Part shown: positions 23,001 through 31,056 of the stretch, one piece after another | How positions within the stretch are numbered: the stretch's first letter is position 1 | Layout: each line of letters opens with the position of its first letter | Assembly: GCA_964518165.1 (NCBI GenBank) | Contig: CAZFFN010000041.1 | Coordinates: forward strand, 1,791-65,790 | Direction of reading: 5' to 3' | DNA: 64,000 nt | From: an uncultured Thermoplasmatales archaeon | Lineage (GTDB): Archaea; Thermoplasmatota; E2; DHVEG-1 | Notes under the pieces: model-generated | What the model was told of the DNA's origin: nothing | Seen by the model: only the letters and a program-made list of their open reading frames with translations | The model's database searches: none | Program-made: the position numbers and the translations under genes

Positions 23001-23216
23001 TTGGTATCTAAGGATTAAATCTTTCATTACTCTAGTTAGGATATGTCCAGGATGAGGCATTCCATTTGCTGTGGGCGGTCCTTCTAAAAAAACATATGGT
23101 TTGTTGTTTTTTCTCTGTTCTATTGATTTTTTAAAAATATTGTTTTCTTCCCAGAATTTAAGAACTTTTTCTTCTACCTGAACAGGTTTGTATTTTTGCG
23201 GAGGTGACTTAATCAT
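20085..23216 (-). CDS. ileS: Isoleucyl-tRNA synthetase
   Basis: Class I aaRS with a HIGH-type motif (PPTANGMPHPGHILTRVMKDLILRY), KMSKS, an editing-domain region and a C-terminal Zn-binding region. The 1043 aa length fits archaeal IleRS. Confidence 0.75.
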   Translation of the reverse strand: MIKSPPQKYKPVQVEEKVLKFWEENNIFKKSIEQRKNNKPYVFLEGPPTANGMPHPGHILTRVMKDLILRYQTMNGHYILRKAGWDTHGLPVEIEVEKKLGLEDKQAVEEYGINKFIEECKKSVFKYEHVWVEMTKRIGFWLDMNDPYVTLKNDYIESVWWSLKKAWEKKLLYKGHKVVPYCPRCGTALSAHEISQGYKEVTDPSIFIKFKIKDKDEYLLAWTTTPWTLISNVALAVHPDELYIKIRYKNQIYILAEERAGSILKGEEYQIIDGFKGKELEKVEYEPLFDYADPDKKTWYVVLADFVTMEDGTGIVHIAPAFGEDDYQVGKKYDLPVIQLVKLDGTFPDEVEPWKGQFVKDADPSIIENLEKRGLLEGVHEYTHDYPFCWRCDSPLLYYAMESWFIGMKKVQDSLIKNNNNINWYPKHLQQGRFGAFINDVKDWALSRKRYWGTPLPIWRCTNKKCKHEICIGGVDELKKHSENFPEEYDLHKPLVDELKIKCPKCNEYMQREEEVIDCWYDSGSAFFAQWHYPFENKEEFKQNFPVDFISEALDQTRGWFYSLLAISTFLFDDRSYKNVLTMGLVLDENNQKMSKSKRNYVDPDIILNKEGADALRWYLMSANAPWASTRFYEKAVKETLGKFILTLWNSYNFFTTYAALDKFDIDSDKISIDKREPIDKWILSKHNKLIKTVKKHIKKFEVHKAARFVEEFIIEDFSNWYLRRSRKRLWTEEKTKDKLAAYSTMYEIFLGVSKLIAPFVPFITEEIYQNLKTEKMPESIHLCDYVKSDEKIINQDLEEGMAKIRDLVEVGRALRSKIGIKVRYPLSSATIVCKKETENLVKDLMDLLNEEINVKNISFKRDSSDFMEEEYSPDYKKLGPKYKQDAKKIIDKIEEINKEKIKKTLEKEAKFTITVDDKDYEIDLDDFKITKKEKDNIARTETEDTVLFLDTHLTSELEAEGFSREIVRRIQSMRKELDLDVEEKIETEINLDSEKEEYLRRWKDYIKEETRSCELKFVSKTSGDLTKKWDINNLKVEISIKK

Positions 23217-23301
23217 TTTTTTACACCATATTATATAACTTTTAAGATAACGACATCCCTAATAAGAAAAGACTATTAAAATTATTTCTATTAATAAGAA
23301 C

Positions 23302-24609
23302 CTAGTAATCTCTAATATTTTCTGCTTTGATAATTTCTCTTAAAAAAGATGTAGCATAACACCCTTTTTTTAGGGAAAAATCTACTTTTATCATTTTTTT
23401 ATCTGAATCTATATCATCATTTAGTAACTCTAAATTAAAATCTTTATACTCTGCTGAAATTGGTCGTCTCAGACCACTACTTGAAATAAAGGGTATCTCT
23501 GGAATTATAAAATCTCTTGGATCTATTTTTTCTTGTTCTATAACAGAATGTTCTATTTCACCCATTTTTCCTTCTGAAAATATTGAATCAGAGCCGATTA
23601 AAACGCCGCTTACATAGGCTTTATTTTTTGAAATCTGCTTGTTTATTTTATCAATATTATGTTTTTTTACAATGATTTGCTCATCAGAAATTTCATTATT
23701 TCTTACAGGTAGAATTATATCTCCAACTATTGCTTTATCGATTGGTATTTTTTCATCAATTCTTCTGCTTAGTATTTTATTAAAAAAATATGACTGATAG
23801 GCATATACAAACATTGTAAGAAGGTTTTTAGGTAGTTCTTTTAATGCTAAAGTATAATCATGTGGATTTTCTACTAGTTTATTTAAAATTGCTTTCTCAA
23901 AGTTTAGAGTATCTGGATAATTTTTTAGAGCCCAGGAATAATCATGTGTTTCTTCAAGTTTTTTTCTTAAATCATATGTTTCTTTATTTTCTTCTTCAGC
24001 GGGGTTAGCAATATATGTCATTACAGCTTTTTTGATATCTCCTTTAACTAGATATTTACCAACAATATGGGTGATAGGTCTTATTGATCCGAATCGTTGT
24101 ATCCCAAAAAAATTTGGAAAAACCTTTTTTTGTTTTAAATCTTCAGATATCTTTTTTACCTCTTTTTTTGTTAAATCCTTTCTTATATCCCGAATTTTTA
24201 TTTCAAAAAAATTTCCCTTAAGCCTACCTATCTTAACAGGTTTATTTGACTGATAGATATTTTCTATTTCAACGTCATTTAATTTTATCTTTTCTACTTC
24301 ATCTGGTTTTACTTTATAAAAAGATAAAAGTTGTGTTGTCTTTGCTCTTTTATCTTTAGTTCCTGCAAAATTTATCCTTTGTCTGGATATATGCAATTTG
24401 TTTGATATATCTCTAACAAGTCTGTTAGTTTCCCAATTAGTTGAAGTTACTTCAGCGATTGTAAATTTTCCTTTTTCTTTTTTTGGATATGAAAAAATTT
24501 CTTTAACTGTAAAATCCTGAGGAGTGGTTCTAAGTTTTCCCTTTACTCCTTTAAAATTAGTATAGAAAGTTTCTATGCCTACTTTTTTTTCAGCTTTTAA
24601 AACATTCAT
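23302..24609 (-). CDS. truD: tRNA pseudouridine(13) synthase TruD/Pus7
   Basis: Catalytic-Asp motif FAGTKDKRAKT and NFFGIQRFG motif. Confidence 0.8.
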   Translation of the reverse strand: MNVLKAEKKVGIETFYTNFKGVKGKLRTTPQDFTVKEIFSYPKKEKGKFTIAEVTSTNWETNRLVRDISNKLHISRQRINFAGTKDKRAKTTQLLSFYKVKPDEVEKIKLNDVEIENIYQSNKPVKIGRLKGNFFEIKIRDIRKDLTKKEVKKISEDLKQKKVFPNFFGIQRFGSIRPITHIVGKYLVKGDIKKAVMTYIANPAEEENKETYDLRKKLEETHDYSWALKNYPDTLNFEKAILNKLVENPHDYTLALKELPKNLLTMFVYAYQSYFFNKILSRRIDEKIPIDKAIVGDIILPVRNNEISDEQIIVKKHNIDKINKQISKNKAYVSGVLIGSDSIFSEGKMGEIEHSVIEQEKIDPRDFIIPEIPFISSSGLRRPISAEYKDFNLELLNDDIDSDKKMIKVDFSLKKGCYATSFLREIIKAENIRDY

Positions 24610-24894
24610 TTATTTTTTACTCTTAGCTTTTGTTTCAAAATCTTTCGAAAATTTCTTTACTTCTTTTTCTAGTTCTTTTACTGATTTTTTGAGTATATCA
24701 AGTGGATCTCCTTTTTTAACTCGAATGTAAAGTGTTCTTTTTTTTGCTTCAGGATGATCTGATATATAAGAAGCATAATCAACGTCGTCATTTTGTAACA
24801 GGATTTCAGTTATAGGATTTAATAAAGTTGCATTTTCGTATTTAATTTCAATTTCAAGTTCTTTTTTGGTTTTCTTAATTTTTTTCAATTCCAT
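24610..24894 (-). CDS. rpoL: DNA-directed RNA polymerase subunit L (Rpo11)
   Basis: 94 aa. ENATLLNPITEILLQNDDVDYASYISDHPEAKKRTLYIRV matches the RpoL/Rpb11 pattern. Conserved position next to csl4. Confidence 0.6.
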   Translation of the reverse strand: MELKKIKKTKKELEIEIKYENATLLNPITEILLQNDDVDYASYISDHPEAKKRTLYIRVKKGDPLDILKKSVKELEKEVKKFSKDFETKAKSKK

Positions 24895-24917
24895 TTTGCC
24901 ATCAACTTCCTAAGAAT

Positions 24918-25523
24918 TTATAATTTTTTGATATCGTAAGTACCATAATCTATAGCAGTGTTTCTTCTTTCTTTGTTGTTACAATTTGTACATTCAAGAA
25001 GATTACCTTTTTTTTCTAAAGGATGTCTGCATTTTGAGCATACTCCTTTTATTACGCCGTTTTCTTTTCCTTTTGTAGTTAACTGAATACTTGGTTTAAC
25101 TTGATATACCTTAGCTCTAACTATGTCACCTGGTGAAAATTCTGTAGCTGGATCCTTTACATATGACTTTGAAATTTCAGATACCTTTATTGTACCATTT
25201 GTATCACCAGATATTGGTCTTTTTTTGCCAATAACATGTATAACTTCTGCTATTATCATATTTGATCTAACCATTCTTACTTCAACAAGAACGGTATCTC
25301 CTTTCTGTACTTTTACAGGAGTACTAGTTAGAGGTTTAACATTTGCTTTTCTATGTTTGCTATCTATCTGATATTCACCATAGATTGTTGAGCGAATAAT
25401 TCCTTCTTCTTCATAGGTATTTTCGCCAGGTAGTAATTCTTCAGATGTTGATACCTTATCTCCAGGTAAAACTATATTACTTTTTGACATTAATTCACCT
25501 TTTTTTTCAACTTTCCTTTCCAT
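24918..25523 (-). CDS. csl4: Exosome complex RNA-binding protein Csl4 (N-terminal domain, S1 domain and C-terminal Zn-ribbon)
   Basis: VLPGDKV...GENTYEEEGIIRSTIYGEY at the N-terminus, an S1-like middle and a C-terminal CSKCRHPLEKKGNLLECTNCNN zinc ribbon. Confidence 0.65.
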   Translation of the reverse strand: MERKVEKKGELMSKSNIVLPGDKVSTSEELLPGENTYEEEGIIRSTIYGEYQIDSKHRKANVKPLTSTPVKVQKGDTVLVEVRMVRSNMIIAEVIHVIGKKRPISGDTNGTIKVSEISKSYVKDPATEFSPGDIVRAKVYQVKPSIQLTTKGKENGVIKGVCSKCRHPLEKKGNLLECTNCNNKERRNTAIDYGTYDIKKL

Positions 25524-25544
25524 TTAGGCAATCAAAACTCTGTT

Positions 25545-25973
25545 TTAAAACTTATGGTATCTTTTTTTCGTCCTTTTATTTATTTCATTTAGTGTGATAC
25601 TTGCTATTTTCCTTTTTGATTTTGATGGTTTTATAATTTCTTTTACTCCTGTATTTTTCTCATTTATAACAAGTAAACCTATTCCTTCTTTTTTTAAAAT
25701 ATGTTGTGCTTTTTTTAAAATATTGTGTGATTTCATTAAGGGAAACGCAATATATACATAGTCGGAACCAAGTTGATAGTTTTTAGCTTGAATTATTGCT
25801 TTTTTCCAGTTTCTCAGTTTTAGTTCTACTGCAATTACTTCTTTTTCTTTAAAACAAACCATATCTGCTATATTAAATCCTATTTTTATCTCTCTTCTAA
25901 CTATATATCCTTTGTCTTTAAAGTAATCAATAACCGGCTTAGTTAGTTCAAGTTCTAGGTAAAATGGATACAT
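25545..25973 (-). CDS. PD-(D/E)xK nuclease-fold protein, Hjc-like (Holliday-junction-resolvase-like)
   Basis: 142 aa. E-rich N-terminus (YLELELTK), NIADMVCF (D), then about 13 aa, then AVELKL (E-x-K). Spacing and size resemble Hjc. 26-nt overlap with the PolB-like gene. Confidence 0.45.
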   Translation of the reverse strand: MYPFYLELELTKPVIDYFKDKGYIVRREIKIGFNIADMVCFKEKEVIAVELKLRNWKKAIIQAKNYQLGSDYVYIAFPLMKSHNILKKAQHILKKEGIGLLVINEKNTGVKEIIKPSKSKRKIASITLNEINKRTKKRYHKF

Positions 25974-28194
25974 TACACATCTCCCTTTTTTTAATTTTTA
26001 AAAGAATGTTTTCAATTTTTTCTTTATTAAATCCAAAAGGAATCAAAATACTCTCAGCGCATTTTGCAATTTCTCTTAGATAAAAATCTATATCTATTTT
26101 TACAGTTTCATCAACTAAAAAATCAATTTTTACTCTTTTTTTGTAGTTTCTTGATTTTTGATCTGTTACAATGTAACTAATGTTTTGACCTGGTTGAAAA
26201 TGTATATCTTGATCTCTATATTGCATCATAGCTGATTTAACTAGTGTATTTACCTTATACTCAGATAAATTCCGTGAAATACGTGAGTTATAAAGTAAAA
26301 TTTCAGGATCTAAATCAAGATCGATAACTTGTTTAGCATATTTTTCTATAATTTCAATAGAAAAAGGGATAAGATCCGAAAATTCTTTTTTATTCTCTGC
26401 CTTTGAAAAAAGAACTAGTATTTCTTTTTGTAAATTTTTTAAAAAAATAGGTGTACTATGTTGTCTTATTTCTATACCCCTTATCTTTATTTCTCCATTG
26501 TCCAACAATCCATAGTATCTATTCAAGGCACCGATTTTGTTGTTTTTACAAGGTAGAAATACAATCCATTTATAATGTCCTTCGATATCCATCCGGATAC
26601 CTGTTTTGTTACTAATTTTTCTGGAAAGAGAAATAGGTGTATCACAATTTTTTTGAGGCTTTAACCATAAAGAATCAATAATTCCATGTAGTACTTTGTA
26701 GTTATTTTCTTCTGAAACTCTAATTGCTTTTAAAAGTATATCTCTACTAAAAGCAGTAATACTTTCATGACATTCGATTCTGCCATATCTAGCGTTTTTA
26801 TACCCTGTATATCCAAAACATACAAGAAGAATCCATTTCCAAGCAGTTTGCATTTCATGATATTTGTTTTTATCATATTTTTTGTTTTTAGATCGTGCCT
26901 TATAAAAAAATCTTCTGTGAAGGATAGGTTTTAATACTTCAGGAATCAAACCTTGTTTTTTTGTACATATATTATACCTAAGTTGAGGAACAACGATTCC
27001 GTCTTTCTTACAACAATTACACATCATTGTTTCAGGGCTAATATTATAGTTCAGCATTATATTTGGATAAAGAGAGGAAAAATCAAGTTCTATTATATCT
27101 TCATGGATACCTGTTTTTGGTTCAAGTATAATCCCTCCTCTGTCAGATGTGAGTAGATCCATACCACTTTTCCATGTTTCAGGTATGTTTTTTTTCCATG
27201 GAATAAGATATCCTTTTTTTATTGCTTTATTTACCTGTATTTGGCTTATTGCTGTACCGGGCCCAAGTCTTGATAAAAGCTGCAGTGGAATATTGGAACA
27301 TCTTGAAATATCAAGAAGCCCATGAAAGCCACTTTCACCATAAAAAAAATAATTACTTTTATCTATATGAACTCGGCCTTTTAAAATATAGAAAGCAGGG
27401 CGATATATTATTTTTCCATAGCTGAAATAGGATTTTTCTTTTTTAGAGGGATTATTATTTTGTTTATCTCTCCCAAGATTAAAAAGATGGGGTATACCAA
27501 GTTTTTTTGCACGGAAAAAAAGATAGGGAAGTAAAAAACTATCTCCATTTTTTGTAATAATTATATCTGGATCTTTTTTTCTAATAAAATTTAATGCAGA
27601 AAGTAATGTATCTATTTCATTTTCTTCAGCAATTATATAGTTATCAATAAGAAACGAAGAAACAGGAACATCAAAAGAAGCTTTTTTACCATTATTTTTT
27701 TGTTTAGCATCTAGATTTATTTTTTTATAGTTTGGAAGTAAGTATTTTGTACTCCATTGATCTTCATTACAAAAAAAAGTTTTATTGTTATATTTTACTA
27801 TTCCATTAAAAAAAATGTTTTTTTCTTCTAAAAATCTAGTAGGAATTCTTATGTCAACGTTAAAAAGAATATTTTTGTAAAAACCACCCCATCTATCAAT
27901 TAATTCAGCTGTTTTTTTAATTAGTCCAATATTTTTTGGAAAAATCTCAAGGACTAGTTTTTCTTTTTTTGAAAAAAGATCTGTTCTTTTAAATGTGAAA
28001 TTTACTTTTTTTACAAAGCAATGGTTATGCAGCATCGAGGAAAGAATGTAGAGGTTTTCTTTAGATGAATATACATAAAAACTTGGTTCATATTTTTCTT
28101 TAATTCTGTAGGCTTTATTTTTTCCTGAAAGCCAGAGAACCATAGTGTTTTTGTTATATTCGGGGTAACAATCAAGAATGTTTCCTTTCAGCAT
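25948..28194 (-). CDS. Family B DNA polymerase homolog with substituted exonuclease and polymerase catalytic motifs (probably inactivated or atypical)
   Basis: Clear PolB architecture. N-terminal domain ILDCYPEY...VLWL. Motif A DFSSLYPNIMLNYNISPETM. Motif B region KWILLVCFGYTGYKNARYGRIECHESITAFSR (K kept; N/S/Y replaced). KxY region KIRGIEIRQHS. Motif C is HGIIDS instead of YGDTDS. Exo I is VDIR (not FDIE) and Exo II is NGDSFLLPYL (FD changed to FL). Confidence 0.7.
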   Translation of the reverse strand: MLKGNILDCYPEYNKNTMVLWLSGKNKAYRIKEKYEPSFYVYSSKENLYILSSMLHNHCFVKKVNFTFKRTDLFSKKEKLVLEIFPKNIGLIKKTAELIDRWGGFYKNILFNVDIRIPTRFLEEKNIFFNGIVKYNNKTFFCNEDQWSTKYLLPNYKKINLDAKQKNNGKKASFDVPVSSFLIDNYIIAEENEIDTLLSALNFIRKKDPDIIITKNGDSFLLPYLFFRAKKLGIPHLFNLGRDKQNNNPSKKEKSYFSYGKIIYRPAFYILKGRVHIDKSNYFFYGESGFHGLLDISRCSNIPLQLLSRLGPGTAISQIQVNKAIKKGYLIPWKKNIPETWKSGMDLLTSDRGGIILEPKTGIHEDIIELDFSSLYPNIMLNYNISPETMMCNCCKKDGIVVPQLRYNICTKKQGLIPEVLKPILHRRFFYKARSKNKKYDKNKYHEMQTAWKWILLVCFGYTGYKNARYGRIECHESITAFSRDILLKAIRVSEENNYKVLHGIIDSLWLKPQKNCDTPISLSRKISNKTGIRMDIEGHYKWIVFLPCKNNKIGALNRYYGLLDNGEIKIRGIEIRQHSTPIFLKNLQKEILVLFSKAENKKEFSDLIPFSIEIIEKYAKQVIDLDLDPEILLYNSRISRNLSEYKVNTLVKSAMMQYRDQDIHFQPGQNISYIVTDQKSRNYKKRVKIDFLVDETVKIDIDFYLREIAKCAESILIPFGFNKEKIENILLKIKKREMCNVSILPRT

Positions 28195-28426
28195 TTTCTC
28201 TTAATTTTCTAATTGTTTTTTCATGTTCCAAGAGAATACTCATAACAACTGGTTCAAAAGGACTTGGATTTGTCATATTTGTTCCTGCAGCAGCATGTCT
28301 TCGAGCATGGTTTATAAGTTCATCAAAAGCTTCTTTATCAATATCTCTAAGCGCTTTTTTAAAATCCTTCCATTCCCATCCAAATGATTCAATTACATTT
28401 CTAAAAGAAGGAACAGTACGACCCAT
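28172..28426 (-). CDS. Small hypothetical protein (84 aa)
   Basis: Lies between the RadB-like gene and the PolB-like gene. Its start is adjacent to the RadB-like stop, and it overlaps the PolB-like start by 23 nt. Confidence 0.35.
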   Translation of the reverse strand: MGRTVPSFRNVIESFGWEWKDFKKALRDIDKEAFDELINHARRHAAAGTNMTNPSPFEPVVMSILLEHEKTIRKLRENAERKHS

Positions 28427-29188
28427 CTAGGACACCATCCCAAAGTCAGATAGACACATCTGGTTCTTTGAATCGTTATAAATCTCTGCTTTTATCTCTT
28501 CTTTTTTCAGATTTATTTGTATATATTTTTCTTTTTTTGTTATATTGATTACTTCATCAGCGTTTTTGTTTATTATATCATTTACTTTTCTATGGTTTGA
28601 AACAAAACTTGAATCAGAGTTTGTGAGAATTGTTATAAGATTATATTTTTTTGTAAGTTTCTTAAGATAATCTATATTATTTTTAAGAAGTATTTGTGCT
28701 TCTTTTTTTTCTACATCAAAATCAAGATACAAAAGAGAGAATTTAGAAATAACAAGTGTTCTGGGCTTGTATCTTTTTAATATAGGCTCAAGCATATCGT
28801 AGATAAGAGTCGACATCTGATGAACTGTAAAAGCTCTACTTATGTGGAGATGATTTAGTATTTCTTTTGGATTTATTTCCATTTTTTTTGCATATCTTGC
28901 TATTTTATATGGATCAACCTGCATCCCTCCGTCAATATATACTGAATCCTCTGTAAATGTTTTGTAGGTGTTTACACAAACTCTGTTTGGTATATCACGT
29001 GTAAGGTTGCTGTTTCCCTCTATAAATGTTGTTTCTCCGGCTTTAAAACCACCTATCATCTCATCTAGCTTTTTAATACCTGATTCTACTATTATATCTG
29101 GTTTAAGAACTGTTTTTATTACATTATTTTCTAAATTTTTTTGTAGTTTATTTGTGTATACTGCTGTTTTCAATTTTATACCTCCCAA
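28427..29188 (-). CDS. RadB/RadA-like RecA-fold protein lacking a Walker A P-loop
   Basis: LDEMIGGFKAGETTFIEG aligns to the RadB LDSLLGGGF.G..T..YG segment, but GPxxSGKT is replaced by GNSNLTRD. Downstream RecA-core motifs are retained (SVYIDGGMQVDPYKIARYA...HISRAFTVHQMSTL; a Walker-B-like hydrophobic strand ending in D). Confidence 0.55.
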   Translation of the reverse strand: MGGIKLKTAVYTNKLQKNLENNVIKTVLKPDIIVESGIKKLDEMIGGFKAGETTFIEGNSNLTRDIPNRVCVNTYKTFTEDSVYIDGGMQVDPYKIARYAKKMEINPKEILNHLHISRAFTVHQMSTLIYDMLEPILKRYKPRTLVISKFSLLYLDFDVEKKEAQILLKNNIDYLKKLTKKYNLITILTNSDSSFVSNHRKVNDIINKNADEVINITKKEKYIQINLKKEEIKAEIYNDSKNQMCLSDFGMVS

Positions 29189-29330
29189 ATAGAATTTTTT
29201 TTGGAAAATAGTAACTACTTTTCAGGCTTAAAAAACTAAATGTGGGTGAACTGAAAGTATTAAAAAAATCTATAGTGAAAAACAAAAAAAGTTATTAACA
29301 AAAATTGTTCTACATTTTTTAGGAATTATT

Positions 29331-30068
29331 ATGCTAAAAAATAAAACTGCAATAATAACTGGTGCATCAAGAGGTATTGGAAAAGGAATTGCAATTAAGT
29401 TTGCAGAAAACAATTGTTTTGTTGGAATAAACTATGTTTCAAACAAAAAAGAAGCTTTAGATACGTTAAAAAAAGTTCGGGAAAACGGTGGAGATGGAAT
29501 ACTTCTTAAAGGAGATGTATCAAAGACAGATGATGTAAAAGAAATAGTAAAAACTTTTACTAAAAAAAGAAAAAATATTGACATTCTTGTAAACAACGCA
29601 GGAATATATTTTAGAAATAGTTTTGAAGAGCAATCCCTTGAAACATGGAACAAAGTACTCTCTGTTAATCTAACTGGTTCATATAATATGTGTAAAATAG
29701 CTCTACCATATATGAAAGAGAACAGTAAAATTATTTTTATATCCTCCCAATTAGCATTCCGTGGCTCATCACACGGCTCTGATTATTCAGCATCTAAAGC
29801 AGGTCAGCTTGGTCTTATGAGAAGCCTAGCACTTGAACTAGCTGATAAAAAAATTCTAGTAAATGCTGTTGCACCTGGAACTATTGATACAGATATAATA
29901 TCAGATTACACTGAAGAAAAAAGAAAGAAAAGAGCAAATGAGGTACCACTTAAAAGACTAGGAAAACCTGAAGATATTGCAGGAGCTTGTCTTTTTCTTG
30001 CATCAGATCTTTCAAAATATGTTACAGGTGAAACAATCAATGTAAACGGTGGTCTTTACATTCATTAA
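29331..30068 (+). CDS. Short-chain dehydrogenase/reductase (FabG-like 3-oxoacyl reductase family)
   Basis: TGASRGIGKGIA cofactor motif, NNAG, and the catalytic S...YSASK triad. Confidence 0.8.
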   Translation: MLKNKTAIITGASRGIGKGIAIKFAENNCFVGINYVSNKKEALDTLKKVRENGGDGILLKGDVSKTDDVKEIVKTFTKKRKNIDILVNNAGIYFRNSFEEQSLETWNKVLSVNLTGSYNMCKIALPYMKENSKIIFISSQLAFRGSSHGSDYSASKAGQLGLMRSLALELADKKILVNAVAPGTIDTDIISDYTEEKRKKRANEVPLKRLGKPEDIAGACLFLASDLSKYVTGETINVNGGLYIH

Positions 30069-30183
30069 AAGACATTTTTTGCCTTATTTTTACTATTATA
30101 AATATGTTTAGTATTTAGTTTTATATAGTAAGAAATTATTTGTTTTTTTGATAGAATTTATCGAACTTAGGCTGGGAAAAATT

Positions 30184-30375
30184 ATGGATGAAAAAGATAA
30201 AAAGGCATTTCTTGAAGATTTCGAAAAAGCTGATATAAAACAAAAAATGAACATGTGGTTTTTCGCTCTAGACCAACAAGCAATATGGGATGAAATAATG
30301 GAAAACATGTCAAAAATAGCAAGAATTAATATTCTTAAACAACAAAGAGCATCTAGAGAAAAAAAGGAGGCGTAA
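30184..30375 (+). CDS. Small acidic protein, paralog A (64 aa from the internal ATG)
   Basis: MDEKDKKAFLEDFEKADIKQKMNMWFFALDQQAIWDEIMENMSKIA. Paralogous to the next ORF. The ORF track starts 36 nt further upstream at 30148. Confidence 0.4.
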   Translation: MDEKDKKAFLEDFEKADIKQKMNMWFFALDQQAIWDEIMENMSKIARINILKQQRASREKKEA

Positions 30376-30378
30376 AAA

Positions 30379-30597
30379 ATGGATGACAAAGGAAAAAAAG
30401 GACTTCTTGAAGAATTCAAAAAAGTAGATGGAGCAACACGTCTGGAGATGTGGGATTACGCTTGTTCCCAGCAGGTATTTTGGGAAGATATAATCACAAG
30501 TATGCAAGATATTGCTAAAGAACAAGGCATTGACAAAAAACTTGATAAAATGATGCAAGAAGAATTAAAAAAAGCAGAAAAAGAAATTGAACAATAA
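30379..30597 (+). CDS. Small acidic protein, paralog B (72 aa)
   Basis: MDDKGKKGLLEEFKKVDGATRLEMWDYACSQQVFWEDIITSMQDIA. AAGGAGG lies 7 nt upstream. Shares the ...MW...QQ..W..I...M..IA core with paralog A. Confidence 0.5.
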   Translation: MDDKGKKGLLEEFKKVDGATRLEMWDYACSQQVFWEDIITSMQDIAKEQGIDKKLDKMMQEELKKAEKEIEQ

Positions 30598-30612
30598 AAA
30601 AATAATTTTTTT

Positions 30613-31047
30613 TTAACTTGCAATTTCTAAGAGTTTAATTTCAAATACTAGTGTTTTTCCAGCTAGTGGCGGATTTAAATCAACTGTTACAGCGCTTTCT
30701 TTTACTTCAGATATTACTGCAGGGAATTGTCTTCCATCCGGAACTTTCATCATAAAAACCATGCCTGGTTTTATTTCCTGGTCTTGTGGAAATGACTCTT
30801 TTGGTATATCTTTTATTAGTTCATCGTTTCTTTGACCATATGCTTCTTCTGGTTTGAGCGTTACTTTTTTTTCTTCATCTTGTTTCATACCTACAATTGC
30901 TTCGTCAAATCCACTTATTACTTGTCCTGCTCCTACTTCAAACTCTAGAGGAGCTCCATGTTTTTCTGAACTATCAAATACTGTTCCATCCTCAAGTTTA
31001 CCTGTATACTCTACTTTAACTTTATCGCCTTTTTCTACACTTTTCAT
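30613..31047 (-). CDS. FKBP-type peptidyl-prolyl cis-trans isomerase (SlyD-like, with IF insertion)
   Basis: KGDKVKVEYTGKLEDGTVFDSS...LEFEVGAGQVISGFDEAIVGM is a classic FKBP core. Confidence 0.85.
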   Translation of the reverse strand: MKSVEKGDKVKVEYTGKLEDGTVFDSSEKHGAPLEFEVGAGQVISGFDEAIVGMKQDEEKKVTLKPEEAYGQRNDELIKDIPKESFPQDQEIKPGMVFMMKVPDGRQFPAVISEVKESAVTVDLNPPLAGKTLVFEIKLLEIAS

Positions 31048-31056
31048 ATTTTTTCC

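Noticed and set aside
28427-29188. Initial reading as an active RadA/RadB recombinase
   Set aside because: The Walker A GxxxxGK[ST] is absent at the aligned position (GNSNLTRD), so it is reported as a degenerate RecA-fold protein rather than a recombinase.
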